Of a DNA stretch of 49,190 nucleotides, positions 29,702 through 38,476 are shown piece by piece (the stretch's first letter is position 1; the number at the start of each line of letters is the position of its first letter). Source of the stretch: Thermoplasmata archaeon (GTDB lineage Archaea; Thermoplasmatota; Thermoplasmata; Halarchaeoplasmatales; Halarchaeoplasmataceae); the NCBI GenBank assembly GCA_019594025.1, contig JAFDUB010000001.1:1-49190 (forward strand). Reading direction: 5' to 3'. The notes beneath the pieces are model-generated. The model was not told the origin of the DNA. It ran no database searches and saw only the letters and a list, made by a program, of their open reading frames with translations. The position numbers were made by a program, and so were the translations under genes.

Positions 29702-31555
29702 ATGAGAAACTTTATTTTGGATGAAATGTTACATGACCTCGGTGTAGATATGCCCACGAATAAAACTAGCAGTGCAGATGGAATTGAATGGAATTTGACA
29801 GATTTTTACGAGTCATTAGACGATCCGAACATCGAGCGGGATTTAAATAAAGCCCTCAAGAGGGCCGATGATTTCGCTGAAAAATATAGAGGGAAGATAG
29901 AAGAGCTGAAGCTCACACCTTCCGAGTTTAAAGAGGCTATGGATGAATATGAAAACATCTACGAACTAATGGCAAAGATAGGGTCCTTTGCTGTACTTTC
30001 ATATTCTGTAGATACGCAGGATCCGGATAGAGGTGCCCTGTACGCCAAGGCTCAGGAAAAATCCAGTGAAGTAAAGAACAAGTTAATATTTTTTCAACTA
30101 GAATGGCAGTCCTTGGATGATGAGAATGCCGATAAATACATGGAATCCGATGAGTTAGATAAGTACTCCAGTTTGATCAGACATTGGAGGAGATATACTC
30201 CCTATATGTTATCCGAGAGAGAGGAGCAGCTGGTGGAATCTTTGCAGAACACGGCCAAGAAGGCGTTCGTAAGGTTATTCGACGAGACCATCGGAGATAT
30301 AGAGGTGCCCATAGAGATCGAAGGTGAGGAGAAAAAGATGGTCCTTGACCAGGCTCTTTCTCTTCTCTTTGAAAATGATCGAGATGTTAGAAAGAAGGCG
30401 AAAGAGGGTGTTACCAAAGCCCTCAAGGATAAGAACAAGCTTTTAACCTTTATTTTCAACAACATCGTCCTCAATCACGATACCATAAGTGAATTTAGAG
30501 ACTATCCCCACCCTATGACACCTAGAAATCTTGATAATCGAGTGGATAAGGATACGGTTGATGCCCTGATGGAGGCCTGCATTAACAATGTGGAGATGGT
30601 ACACAAGTTCTACGAAATAAAGAAGGACCTCCTCGGGTATGATAAACTCTACGATTACGATAGATACAACCCACTACCTGGAGCCCCTTCTGAAATCACT
30701 TTTGAGGAAAGTAAAAAGAAGGTGCTGAACGCCTTCGAACGTTTCTCTCCCCAGATGAGAGAGGTGGCTGAGAAATTCTTTGACAATTCATGGATAGACG
30801 CCCAACTCAAACCCGGAAAAAGAGGTGGTGCCTTCAGTGCTTCCACAGTTCCCTCTGTTCATCCCTACATACTTCTCAACTTCACGGACAAACCCCGCGA
30901 TGCTATGACCATGGCTCATGAGCTGGGACACGGTATCCACCAATATCTGGCTAGGAAGCAGGGTTATCTTCAGCAGAGCACTCCTCTTACCACTGCAGAG
31001 ATGGCCAGCGTGTTTGGAGAGATGCTTTTATTCGATAAAATGCTGGAGGAAGAGGATCCAGAAACGAAATTAGCGCTGATTGGAAACAAACTCCAAAGTG
31101 ATTTCGCTACCGTTTTCAGACAGGTCGTAATGACCCGCTTCGAACTTTCGCTTCATGAAGCTAGAAAAGAAAAAGGTGAATTAAAACCCCAGCAAATTTG
31201 CGAACTATGGCTCGAAGCCAACGAAAAAGAGTTCGGAGAATCTGTTGAACTCACCGACGACTACGGTTGGTGGTGGTCGTACGTTCTTCATTTTGTACAC
31301 TATCCCTTCTACTGCTACGCTTACGCATTTGGAGAACTTTTAGTACTCGCACTATACGGACTTTATAAGGAACAGGGCCAGGAGTTTGTACCTAAATACA
31401 TAGAACTGTTGTCTAGAGGCGGTTCAGAGGATCCAAAAGACCTTTTAGCTGAAATAGGCGTTGATATCACCGACCCCGAGTTCTGGCAGAAGGGCCTATC
31501 GGTTCTTTGGGAACATCTGGATACCATGGAAAACCTTTTAAAAGAAACGGAGTGA
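29702..31555 (+). CDS. pepF: Oligoendopeptidase F (M3B); likely start ATG 29750
   Basis: WNLTDFY, GKRGGAF, HELGH zincin motif, AEMAS.F.E, HF...PFYCYAYAFG. Confidence 0.92.
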   Translation: MRNFILDEMLHDLGVDMPTNKTSSADGIEWNLTDFYESLDDPNIERDLNKALKRADDFAEKYRGKIEELKLTPSEFKEAMDEYENIYELMAKIGSFAVLSYSVDTQDPDRGALYAKAQEKSSEVKNKLIFFQLEWQSLDDENADKYMESDELDKYSSLIRHWRRYTPYMLSEREEQLVESLQNTAKKAFVRLFDETIGDIEVPIEIEGEEKKMVLDQALSLLFENDRDVRKKAKEGVTKALKDKNKLLTFIFNNIVLNHDTISEFRDYPHPMTPRNLDNRVDKDTVDALMEACINNVEMVHKFYEIKKDLLGYDKLYDYDRYNPLPGAPSEITFEESKKKVLNAFERFSPQMREVAEKFFDNSWIDAQLKPGKRGGAFSASTVPSVHPYILLNFTDKPRDAMTMAHELGHGIHQYLARKQGYLQQSTPLTTAEMASVFGEMLLFDKMLEEEDPETKLALIGNKLQSDFATVFRQVVMTRFELSLHEARKEKGELKPQQICELWLEANEKEFGESVELTDDYGWWWSYVLHFVHYPFYCYAYAFGELLVLALYGLYKEQGQEFVPKYIELLSRGGSEDPKDLLAEIGVDITDPEFWQKGLSVLWEHLDTMENLLKETE

Positions 31556-31603
31556 ATCAGCGTAACACTTTAAATAGGAAAACACATACAATAGGTAGAT
31601 AAA

Positions 31604-31993
31604 ATGGCATGGGAACAAAACGAAGTCAGAAATCTCAAGGTCAATCATTATATAATGATCGATGACGAACCTTGCAAGATTAAGAGTATAGATATATCTA
31701 AACCTGGGAAACATGGCGAAGCCAAGGCTAGAATACAGGGTATAGGTATATTCGATAGAAAAAAGCACAGTATGATAAGCCCGGTTACTCATAAAATACG
31801 AGTACCGATAATAGATAAGCGAAAGGGCCAAGTTATCAGTATCCAGGGAAATGAAGTTAAAATAATGGACCTTGAGACCTACGAAACCTTCGGTTTAGCA
31901 GTTGATGACGACGAGATAATGGATAAAGTTGAGCAGGGCCAAGAAGTCGATTATTTGGAAACCGTGGGTAAAAAGAAGATTACAAGGGTGTGA
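31604..31993 (+). CDS. eif5a: Translation factor aIF-5A
   Basis: SKPGKHGEAK hypusination loop, VPIIDKR.GQV, MDLETYETF. Confidence 0.96.
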   Translation: MAWEQNEVRNLKVNHYIMIDDEPCKIKSIDISKPGKHGEAKARIQGIGIFDRKKHSMISPVTHKIRVPIIDKRKGQVISIQGNEVKIMDLETYETFGLAVDDDEIMDKVEQGQEVDYLETVGKKKITRV

Positions 31994-31999
31994 GAGAAA

Positions 32000-32821
32000 A
32001 TAACCGTATTTGCTAGTGCGCGGAGCGACTACGAAGGGGCGGAGTATGTATTTTTAGGAGTCCCCTTCGACAAAACATCCTCTTTTCGTACGGGTACCGC
32101 ACAAGCACCGTCTTCCATACGTAGAGCGTCCTACTGTTTCGAGCCTTATATGATGGAGTATGATGTTGATATAAGTACCATACCACTTCACGACTATGGG
32201 AATTTGGTGGAGTACTCGTTGGAAGATATGGGTTCAACGGTTAGAGGAACAATTATGGATATACTGGAAGACGGTAAGTTTCCTTTGATAGTCGGAGGTG
32301 AACATTCTATAACTCCGCATGTTGTGTCCGCCTATGAAGACGTCAGCGTTTTGATCCTGGACGCTCATCTTGATTACAGAGATACTTATGAAGGTATGAA
32401 GTACAGTCACGCCACAGTTTCAAGAAGAGTTTCAGAACAGATAGCAAATGACTTACTCGTTTGTGGTGTGAGATCTATTTCTTCCGATGAGATTAAAGAA
32501 GGTAATTTACCTAATTATATATCCGCTAAAGAAATAAACTCTATGGGGGAACCTGTTGATAGGGTAGGTGAAAACTTCAAATCCTCTAGAATTTATCTAT
32601 CTATAGATATGGACGTGGTTGACCCCGCCTACGCTCCAGGAGTTGGAAATCCTGAACCATTTGGTCTAAAACCTATCGTTTTGAAGGAAATCATACATAA
32701 ACTAGCCGATAGAATGGTTGGATTCGATATTATGGAGGTATCTCCCACCAACGATGCAGGGGGTATAACTTCGAACCTAGCCGCTAGGTTGATATACGAG
32801 TTTCTCGGCTCTCGAAGGTAG
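32000..32821 (+). CDS. speB: Agmatinase (ureohydrolase); start is non-canonical or frameshifted, ~50 codons upstream of the ORF-track start
   Basis: GGEHSIT, DAHLD, SIDMDVVDP, APGVGNPEPFG; the frame is open upstream through GVPFDKTSSFRTGTAQAPSSIRRAS to the aIF5A TGA with no ATG/GTG/TTG. Confidence 0.85.
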   Translation: MTVFASARSDYEGAEYVFLGVPFDKTSSFRTGTAQAPSSIRRASYCFEPYMMEYDVDISTIPLHDYGNLVEYSLEDMGSTVRGTIMDILEDGKFPLIVGGEHSITPHVVSAYEDVSVLILDAHLDYRDTYEGMKYSHATVSRRVSEQIANDLLVCGVRSISSDEIKEGNLPNYISAKEINSMGEPVDRVGENFKSSRIYLSIDMDVVDPAYAPGVGNPEPFGLKPIVLKEIIHKLADRMVGFDIMEVSPTNDAGGITSNLAARLIYEFLGSRR

Positions 32822-32823
32822 AT

Positions 32824-33903
32824 TTAGTAAACGTTTTGGATTTTCTTCACCTTTTTATCCGGAACCACCAAGTGCTTTGATTTTATACCAGTAGCTACCA
32901 GCATCACTCGCAAGGTATTTTCCAGTTCAGGCTTGATGTTGCATCCCCATATTATATGCGCATCGGGACTGACAACCCTTTCTATCTCCTCGGCCACCAT
33001 TTCAGCTTCTCGGATCGTCATGCTGCTGCCGCCGGTGACGTTGATGAGAGCTCCTTTGGCTCCACTGATATCTACATCCAATAAGGGGGAGTTAATCGCT
33101 TCTTCAATTGCTTCGAGAGCTCTATTATCTCCCGATGCTGAAGATTCACCCATACCTACCATGGCCATCCCAGCGCTCTGCATTACCGTCTTCAGATCGT
33201 TGTAGTCCAAGTTCACAAGTCCGGGTTTTGTGATCATCTCTGTCAGACCCTTAATTGAACGCATCAGTATTTCATCGGCGATCTTGAAAGCTTTGTTCAA
33301 GGATAATCTTGGGAACAGTTCAACCAGTTTATCGTTCGGTATTATTATCACCGTATCGGTGAGATTCTTCATCTGTTGGATTCCCCATACCGCGTTCTTT
33401 TCTCTTGATTTTCCTTCGGAAGAAAATGGTTTCGTCATAACCGCTATGGTTAAAGCTCCTTTTTCCTTCGCCATTCTTGCTATCGGTGCGATTGAACCGG
33501 TTCCGGTACCTCCTCCTAAACCGCAGGTAAGAAAAACAATATCTGCACCTTCTAGTATCGGTTCGAAGTTATCGATAGCTTCTTCAGCTGCTTTTTCACC
33601 TATCTCTGGTTTAGAACCTGCACCAAGACCACGGGTTAGGTTACGACCCATCAGTACCTTTCGATCGGCGTGTACACTCAAAAGGTGCTGGGCATCTGTG
33701 TTGGCCGCTACAAGGGCGGCACCTTTTACACCTTCTTCGGCAATTCGATTTAACGTGTTTCCTCCGGCTCCACCGAGACCAACTATCACTATCTTGGTCT
33801 TGAGACCCTTTAGAACCTCAACTAGTTCTTCATCCATATCTTGGTCCGAAAAAACCTCTTTTTTATCATCATCTTTTAGGGCGTTCTTTATGAGGGAGTC
33901 CAT
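32824..33903 (-). CDS. ftsZ: Cell division protein FtsZ (FtsZ1-like)
   Basis: GGAGGN, NTDAQHL, GLGAG, GGGTGTG, NLDYND. Confidence 0.95.
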   Translation of the reverse strand: MDSLIKNALKDDDKKEVFSDQDMDEELVEVLKGLKTKIVIVGLGGAGGNTLNRIAEEGVKGAALVAANTDAQHLLSVHADRKVLMGRNLTRGLGAGSKPEIGEKAAEEAIDNFEPILEGADIVFLTCGLGGGTGTGSIAPIARMAKEKGALTIAVMTKPFSSEGKSREKNAVWGIQQMKNLTDTVIIIPNDKLVELFPRLSLNKAFKIADEILMRSIKGLTEMITKPGLVNLDYNDLKTVMQSAGMAMVGMGESSASGDNRALEAIEEAINSPLLDVDISGAKGALINVTGGSSMTIREAEMVAEEIERVVSPDAHIIWGCNIKPELENTLRVMLVATGIKSKHLVVPDKKVKKIQNVY

Positions 33904-33993
33904 GATTCTATTCTCTCCTTTAATTTTATTAATTCGGTGTATGATTTGAAGCCTTTATAATGTTTATGGGTAGTTCTATAATTAATCCACCCT

Positions 33994-34020
33994 AAAGAAA
34001 AAAAGATTGAGAGGAAAAAG
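33994..34020 (-). terminator. Putative U-rich terminator after rpl12
   Basis: Minus strand CTTTTTCCTCTCAATCTTTTTTTCTTT. Confidence 0.4.
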
Positions 34021-34025
34021 TTCCC

Positions 34026-34337
34026 TCAGAAAAGAGAACCTAGTCCTGCTGCCGCTTCTTCTTTTTCCTGCTCTTCGTCTCTTTCTTCTTCCTCTTCTTC
34101 TTCCTCTTCTTCTTCGGCTGCCTCTGCAGCAGGTGTTGCCGCGACTCCGGCAGAAGGCATTGCGATACCCTCTTCTATTGCCGCCTCGATATCTACGTCT
34201 TCAAGGCATGCGGTGAGGGCTTTTATCCTGGATTCGTCCGGCTCTATACCGGCCGCATCAAGGATTCCTGCAATTCCTTCTTCGTTGATCTCTTTACCCG
34301 CGGAGTGAAGCACCAAAGCGCTGTATATATATTCCAT
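34026..34337 (-). CDS. rpl12: 50S stalk protein P1 (L12p)
   Basis: [11 protein letters not shown], Ala/Glu-rich hinge, GLGSLF end. Confidence 0.97.
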   Translation of the reverse strand: MEYIYSALVLHSAGKEINEEGIAGILDAAGIEPDESRIKALTACLEDVDIEAAIEEGIAMPSAGVAATPAAEAAEEEEEEEEEEERDEEQEKEEAAAGLGSLF

Positions 34338-34356
34338 ATTCTATGCCTCCTTGAAT

Positions 34357-35277
34357 CTAATTTTTATCCTTCTGTTTTTCTTTCGGTTGTTCTAGTCCTA
34401 ACTTTTCTATCAGTTCACTTCCAAGCACGTCCGGATCGATTTTTGCCGCTAAACTCAGCAAATCTCGATGAGCTTGGGAAAGTTTCAGCTTGACGGTTTC
34501 GTCTACTATTATATCCGTATTGAATGCTAATGAGAAAGCGTCTCTGTGAGCCTTCATTATAAGAGGTTCGATGTTCAAAGACGTTGGATAAGCTGCGTTT
34601 ACGGAAAGGTTGAAAGCCGATTGAGCCGCCTTTTTGATACCATCGAAATACCTCTGTGTATCTATATCAAGGGTATCACTATCGAAGAATGTTCCCTCTT
34701 CATATGCGATTTTCAAATCGAGTCCTACAGTGATGGGATTAATATCAAGCCGGGTAAGCATCTTTGCAAGGTCGGAGGATATTTCCTCCCCTTTCTTTGC
34801 CACCACTTTCGTTTTGTTGATTTTTACCTTACCACTTTGAATCGAAGCAGGTATACCTGCCTTCTGTAGGTCTCCTACGATGGGCCCCGGCTTGAAAGGA
34901 GTATCTCCCCTTTCTACCTTTATATTCTCCGGAGCTATGTCGCCACCCCGGGCGGGAGCCTTGGTTTTGGTCGCTTCCATTCGTTTGTACAATTTGAACG
35001 GATTTAAGTCTGTGGTAACAAGTGCGGTCTGACCGCTTAAATATCCTTTTAACTTCGTTATACCTTCTCTTTCCGATGAAATTGCGTCTAAAGCACGTTC
35101 TATCAGGGTATTCCGGGATACGATGAGATTCACTGAACCTCTCAATCGCGCTCTCATCTGCTGCATCTGAAATGAGGGTATATTTTCTATATCCACTACC
35201 GCTACAACAGGACTCACTTTGAGAAGCTTGGTCAACCGCTCGACTTCTTCCTTTTTCCATGATGGTACCGTAACCAT
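34357..35277 (-). CDS. rpl10: 50S ribosomal protein L10 (P0, uL10)
   Basis: PSWKKEEV, RNTL, NPFKL, GDIAP, TPFKPGP, AAYPT. Confidence 0.96.
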   Translation of the reverse strand: MVTVPSWKKEEVERLTKLLKVSPVVAVVDIENIPSFQMQQMRARLRGSVNLIVSRNTLIERALDAISSEREGITKLKGYLSGQTALVTTDLNPFKLYKRMEATKTKAPARGGDIAPENIKVERGDTPFKPGPIVGDLQKAGIPASIQSGKVKINKTKVVAKKGEEISSDLAKMLTRLDINPITVGLDLKIAYEEGTFFDSDTLDIDTQRYFDGIKKAAQSAFNLSVNAAYPTSLNIEPLIMKAHRDAFSLAFNTDIIVDETVKLKLSQAHRDLLSLAAKIDPDVLGSELIEKLGLEQPKEKQKDKN

Positions 35278-35286
35278 GTTATCCCC

Positions 35287-35925
35287 TCACATCAACCTCA
35301 CTGCCGGACCCATAGTGGTCTTAAGGTAGATACTGTCTATGTTCATTCGTCCTCTTTCGAGTTCTCCTATTACCCTTCTAATTACGGTGTCGATGTTGTC
35401 CGCTATATCTTCTGTATCCATATCCGCTGTGCCCACTGGTGCGTGGAATGTTCTTTTATCCTTGGAACGGACTAGAATGGTATTTCTTAGAGAATTGATT
35501 GTGTCGTTTATGTCCATGTTAGGTGTTATAGGTGTAGGCATTTTACCTTTTGGTCCCAGGATAGCACCCATTCCTTTACCTATTACCGGCATTAGTTTTG
35601 GTTCAGCTAAGAAGAACTGATGCTCTTCAGCCAACAATCTTGCTTCTTTTTTATCTTCCATAAGCTCGTTTAATTCATCTGGTTCGATAACTGTGTCTGC
35701 GGATTCTTTCGCCTTTAAAGCTATGTCTCCCGAACCAAAAACTCCGACTTTGATCTCTTTGCCCCTACCGTGTGGTAAAAGAATCTCTTCATTTACCCTT
35801 TTATCCGGTACGCTTAGGTCTATGTCCCTTAGATTAATCGCAAGTTCAAGACTCTCTGTAAAGTTTCTCGATGGAGCCCTTTCAAGAGTCTTCTTTACCG
35901 CTTTTAATATGTCTTTGTCTGCCAC
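35287..35925 (-). CDS. rpl1: 50S ribosomal protein L1 (uL1)
   Basis: RNFTES, LPHGRG, LGPKGKMP, KTTMGP; GTG start with AGGAGGT SD. Confidence 0.97.
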   Translation of the reverse strand: MADKDILKAVKKTLERAPSRNFTESLELAINLRDIDLSVPDKRVNEEILLPHGRGKEIKVGVFGSGDIALKAKESADTVIEPDELNELMEDKKEARLLAEEHQFFLAEPKLMPVIGKGMGAILGPKGKMPTPITPNMDINDTINSLRNTILVRSKDKRTFHAPVGTADMDTEDIADNIDTVIRRVIGELERGRMNIDSIYLKTTMGPAVRLM

Positions 35926-35935
35926 GTGATTACCT

Positions 35936-35999
35936 CCTGTAGTACCAACGGCGTTTTCCCGACGACCTATCGGCCGTAACTAGGAAAACCTCCTACAGG
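35936..35999 (-). promoter_or_regulatory. Putative L1-binding autoregulatory leader RNA (23S rRNA H77-78 mimic)
   Basis: CCUGUAG-GAG-GUUUUCC...GGAAAAC-GCCGUUGGUA-CUACAGG nested stems; 3' arm overlaps the SD; TATA TTTATATA at 36023-36030. Confidence 0.75.
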
Positions 36000-36086
36000 T
36001 GAAAGGAACCAAAGGGGATAGATATATAAACATTTTGGAACCTAAACAGCCCTATTCCCGACCCCCGTTTGCTTAAAATATTTTTC

Positions 36087-36506
36087 CTAAATTACACGAA
36101 TACCGTGGTTCCTTGATACTTTCAACCTTGCCCTTTGTATGAATTTCGGCAAACCCTCTACGTCTTTGACCTCTTTCTTTACGTATTTGATAATCTCTTT
36201 ACGGTATTCCATATGACAAGTGATCTCATTTGCCTCGCAGGCCTTTTTTATCTTATAAGCAAGCCTACCGCCTGTTTTATCCCAGTCGGTCATCACGATA
36301 ACTTCTTCGTGTTTACCTCTCAATCCTTCAATTATATGAAAAACGGAGCGTCTTTTTTTTATCCTGATTATTTTTCCCGAAAAGTCCAATCGACGGAGTG
36401 CGGCTACGTCTTTTTTACCTTCTACGATTATAGGGACGGTCTTATTCATTTTACGTATATCCTCCAAAACCGTGGTGACTCCTTCAAGCTGTTCCTTTAT
36501 TCTCAT
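36087..36506 (-). CDS. Small TOPRIM-domain protein
   Basis: IIVEGKKDVAAL and MTDWDKTG (E and DxD motifs). Confidence 0.85.
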   Translation of the reverse strand: MRIKEQLEGVTTVLEDIRKMNKTVPIIVEGKKDVAALRRLDFSGKIIRIKKRRSVFHIIEGLRGKHEEVIVMTDWDKTGGRLAYKIKKACEANEITCHMEYRKEIIKYVKKEVKDVEGLPKFIQRARLKVSRNHGIRVI

Positions 36507-36826
36507 CCTTTATCCTCCAAGTTCAAACCTCTTAAAACATCAGAATGACTTACTCCCTTTATGAAAAGGCGTTTTTTTCTAACAGTTTTTCCTTTTACAA
36601 TATTCACCTTACCGGATGACACTTCAAGTAGTTTTGATATTAAATAGACCAATGCTGCATTTGCCGCACCATCCACAGGCTCTTCGGTAACAGCCACCTC
36701 TAAACAATTCCTCCACGGATTTACGCCTTTAATTTCGTCTCTAGAAGAACCTGGTATAAGGTGAATACTTACATAAACTCCTCCTTTGGAAGAATGGAGA
36801 ACTCCTCGATATGCTTTTTTTCCCAT
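36503..36826 (-). CDS. DUF167/YggU-family protein
   Basis: PGSS, PVDGAANAALV, V.IVKG...R.K. Confidence 0.82.
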   Translation of the reverse strand: MGKKAYRGVLHSSKGGVYVSIHLIPGSSRDEIKGVNPWRNCLEVAVTEEPVDGAANAALVYLISKLLEVSSGKVNIVKGKTVRKKRLFIKGVSHSDVLRGLNLEDKG

Positions 36827-36875
36827 GAATAATCATTAACTCCTATCGTTAAGTACGTTCGGCAGCGAAGCTAAA

Positions 36876-37886
36876 TCAAGACACATAGCGAATTCTACTA
36901 TCTTTTTTATTGTTCATCGCTTTATGCCCGTTATCTAAACCTGTCAATACAGACATCAGTTTGATCTTGTGTTGATACTGGGGATCTACTCGTGCACCAA
37001 AGATAACATTTACACTAGGATCTAAATTCGAGGTAAGCTTACTCACCACGTCGTGCATCTGCTTGACGGAGAGGTCAGATCCACCGGTCAAATGAATGAG
37101 AGCCTTTTTAGCTCCAGTATAGTCTACGGGTAGAAATGGATTTTTACTTGCTTCATCCACTACATTTAGGTAGTTATCGATACTCGACACCCCACGCATG
37201 AGTGTTGACACCCCTCCAGTACCGAGGACTGATCGTAGATCGTTGAAATCTAGGTTGATTAAGGAAGGAAGCGTGACGGTTTCAGTTACACTTTTGATAA
37301 GGTCGGATATAAGAGAGTCCATAACCCCAAATCCCTGATCTATCGGTAAATCTGGAACCACTTTTAACAGCGTGTCGTTTTCCAACACAATGGTTGAATT
37401 GGAGTAAGCCTCTATTTTTCTTAAACCGGCAAAAGCCATTTTTCTTTTTGTTCTTCCCTCGCAAGAAAAAGGCAGGGTAACTATACTTATTACCATGCAT
37501 TTGCACCTTTTGGCGATCTCACAAACCACAGGGGCTGCTCCGGTTCCGGTTCCACCTCCCAATCCCGCGGTCACAAAGACCAGGTCAGTTTTTTTAAACA
37601 ATCTTTTAAAACCTGAGGCTGCACTTTCTGCACACTTTTCCCCTAAACGTGGATCTCCGCCCGCCCCCAGTCCACGATTGAATTCCTTGCCTATCAGCAT
37701 TCTCGTGTCCGCCTGCACGTTTAAAAGATGTTCTTTATCCGTATTAACCGCAATAGTTTCGGCACCGTATATACCTAAATTACTCAATCGGTTCGTGCTG
37801 TTGCATCCTGCCCCACCTACTCCTAATACTAAAACCGATAGACCTGGAGTGTCCTCCATTTCCGAGGAGTAGTATTTTGCCACCAT
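36876..37886 (-). CDS. ftsZ: Cell division protein FtsZ (FtsZ2-like); start ATG 37886 or TTG 37925
   Basis: GGAGCN, GLGAGGDP, GGGTGTG, PSLINLDFND; lies downstream of an RHH gene as in cdrS-ftsZ2 loci. Confidence 0.92.
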   Translation of the reverse strand: MVAKYYSSEMEDTPGLSVLVLGVGGAGCNSTNRLSNLGIYGAETIAVNTDKEHLLNVQADTRMLIGKEFNRGLGAGGDPRLGEKCAESAASGFKRLFKKTDLVFVTAGLGGGTGTGAAPVVCEIAKRCKCMVISIVTLPFSCEGRTKRKMAFAGLRKIEAYSNSTIVLENDTLLKVVPDLPIDQGFGVMDSLISDLIKSVTETVTLPSLINLDFNDLRSVLGTGGVSTLMRGVSSIDNYLNVVDEASKNPFLPVDYTGAKKALIHLTGGSDLSVKQMHDVVSKLTSNLDPSVNVIFGARVDPQYQHKIKLMSVLTGLDNGHKAMNNKKDSRIRYVS

Positions 37887-37962
37887 TTTTTTTACCTTCT
37901 CATGTTTCAGGATAATACCTGCCAAGGTTAAGGGGTAATGATAAACGTGGATCGCTTCTAAG

Positions 37963-38283
37963 TCATAAATTCATCTTCTGTTTTTTATATTGTTCGATCC
38001 TGTCTTTTACATATTCCCGCACAGCGGTTCTTATGGCGTCATCAACATTGATAGATTCACCTTCATTGACCAAGCTTTCAATATCATCCACGTTCTTTTT
38101 GGGTAGGTCAACGGTCACTTTAGATATATGTTCGGGAGCATTTTTATTCTCTATCAAGTTAGATATAGCCGCTCTAATCGCATCGGATACGGTTGAAAAA
38201 TCCCCTCTTTCAACAAGCTTTTCTAAACCATCCGACAGGTCCGTTGGTATTCTGACAGTTATCCTCTTTGTGTCTGACGCCAT
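37963..38283 (-). CDS. Tandem ribbon-helix-helix regulator (CdrS-like)
   Basis: RITVRIP...LVERGDFSTVSDAIRAAI and KVTVDLP...LVNEGESINVDDAIRTAV; upstream of ftsZ2. Confidence 0.85.
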   Translation of the reverse strand: MASDTKRITVRIPTDLSDGLEKLVERGDFSTVSDAIRAAISNLIENKNAPEHISKVTVDLPKKNVDDIESLVNEGESINVDDAIRTAVREYVKDRIEQYKKQKMNL

Positions 38284-38334
38284 ATTGGCACCTACTTATT
38301 TTTAGTCTGACATATATTACCTATACGTCCGACA
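38231..38334. repeat. Array of five TCYGAC boxes (three are GTCYGAC palindromes)
   Basis: Starts at 38231, 38251, 38273, 38306 and 38328; spacings 20, 22, 33, 22. Confidence 0.6.
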
Positions 38335-38476
38335 AAGGTATAATTGTAATAAAGGCATTTAAAGATTTCGGTACTTTGTCATATGTTGTTTATTTTCCCT
38401 GGAATTATTTACAAGATATTAATTTGATGGATTAGGAAAACATTTAATTACCTTTTACACATATCTAGAAATATCT

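Noticed and set aside
31991..31993. Selenocysteine decoding of the aIF5A UGA
   Set aside because: The position is the normal aIF5A C-terminus, not a Cys-equivalent site, and no SECIS was recognised
34060..34125. TCT/TCC trinucleotide runs
   Set aside because: They encode the normal Glu-rich hinge of stalk protein P1
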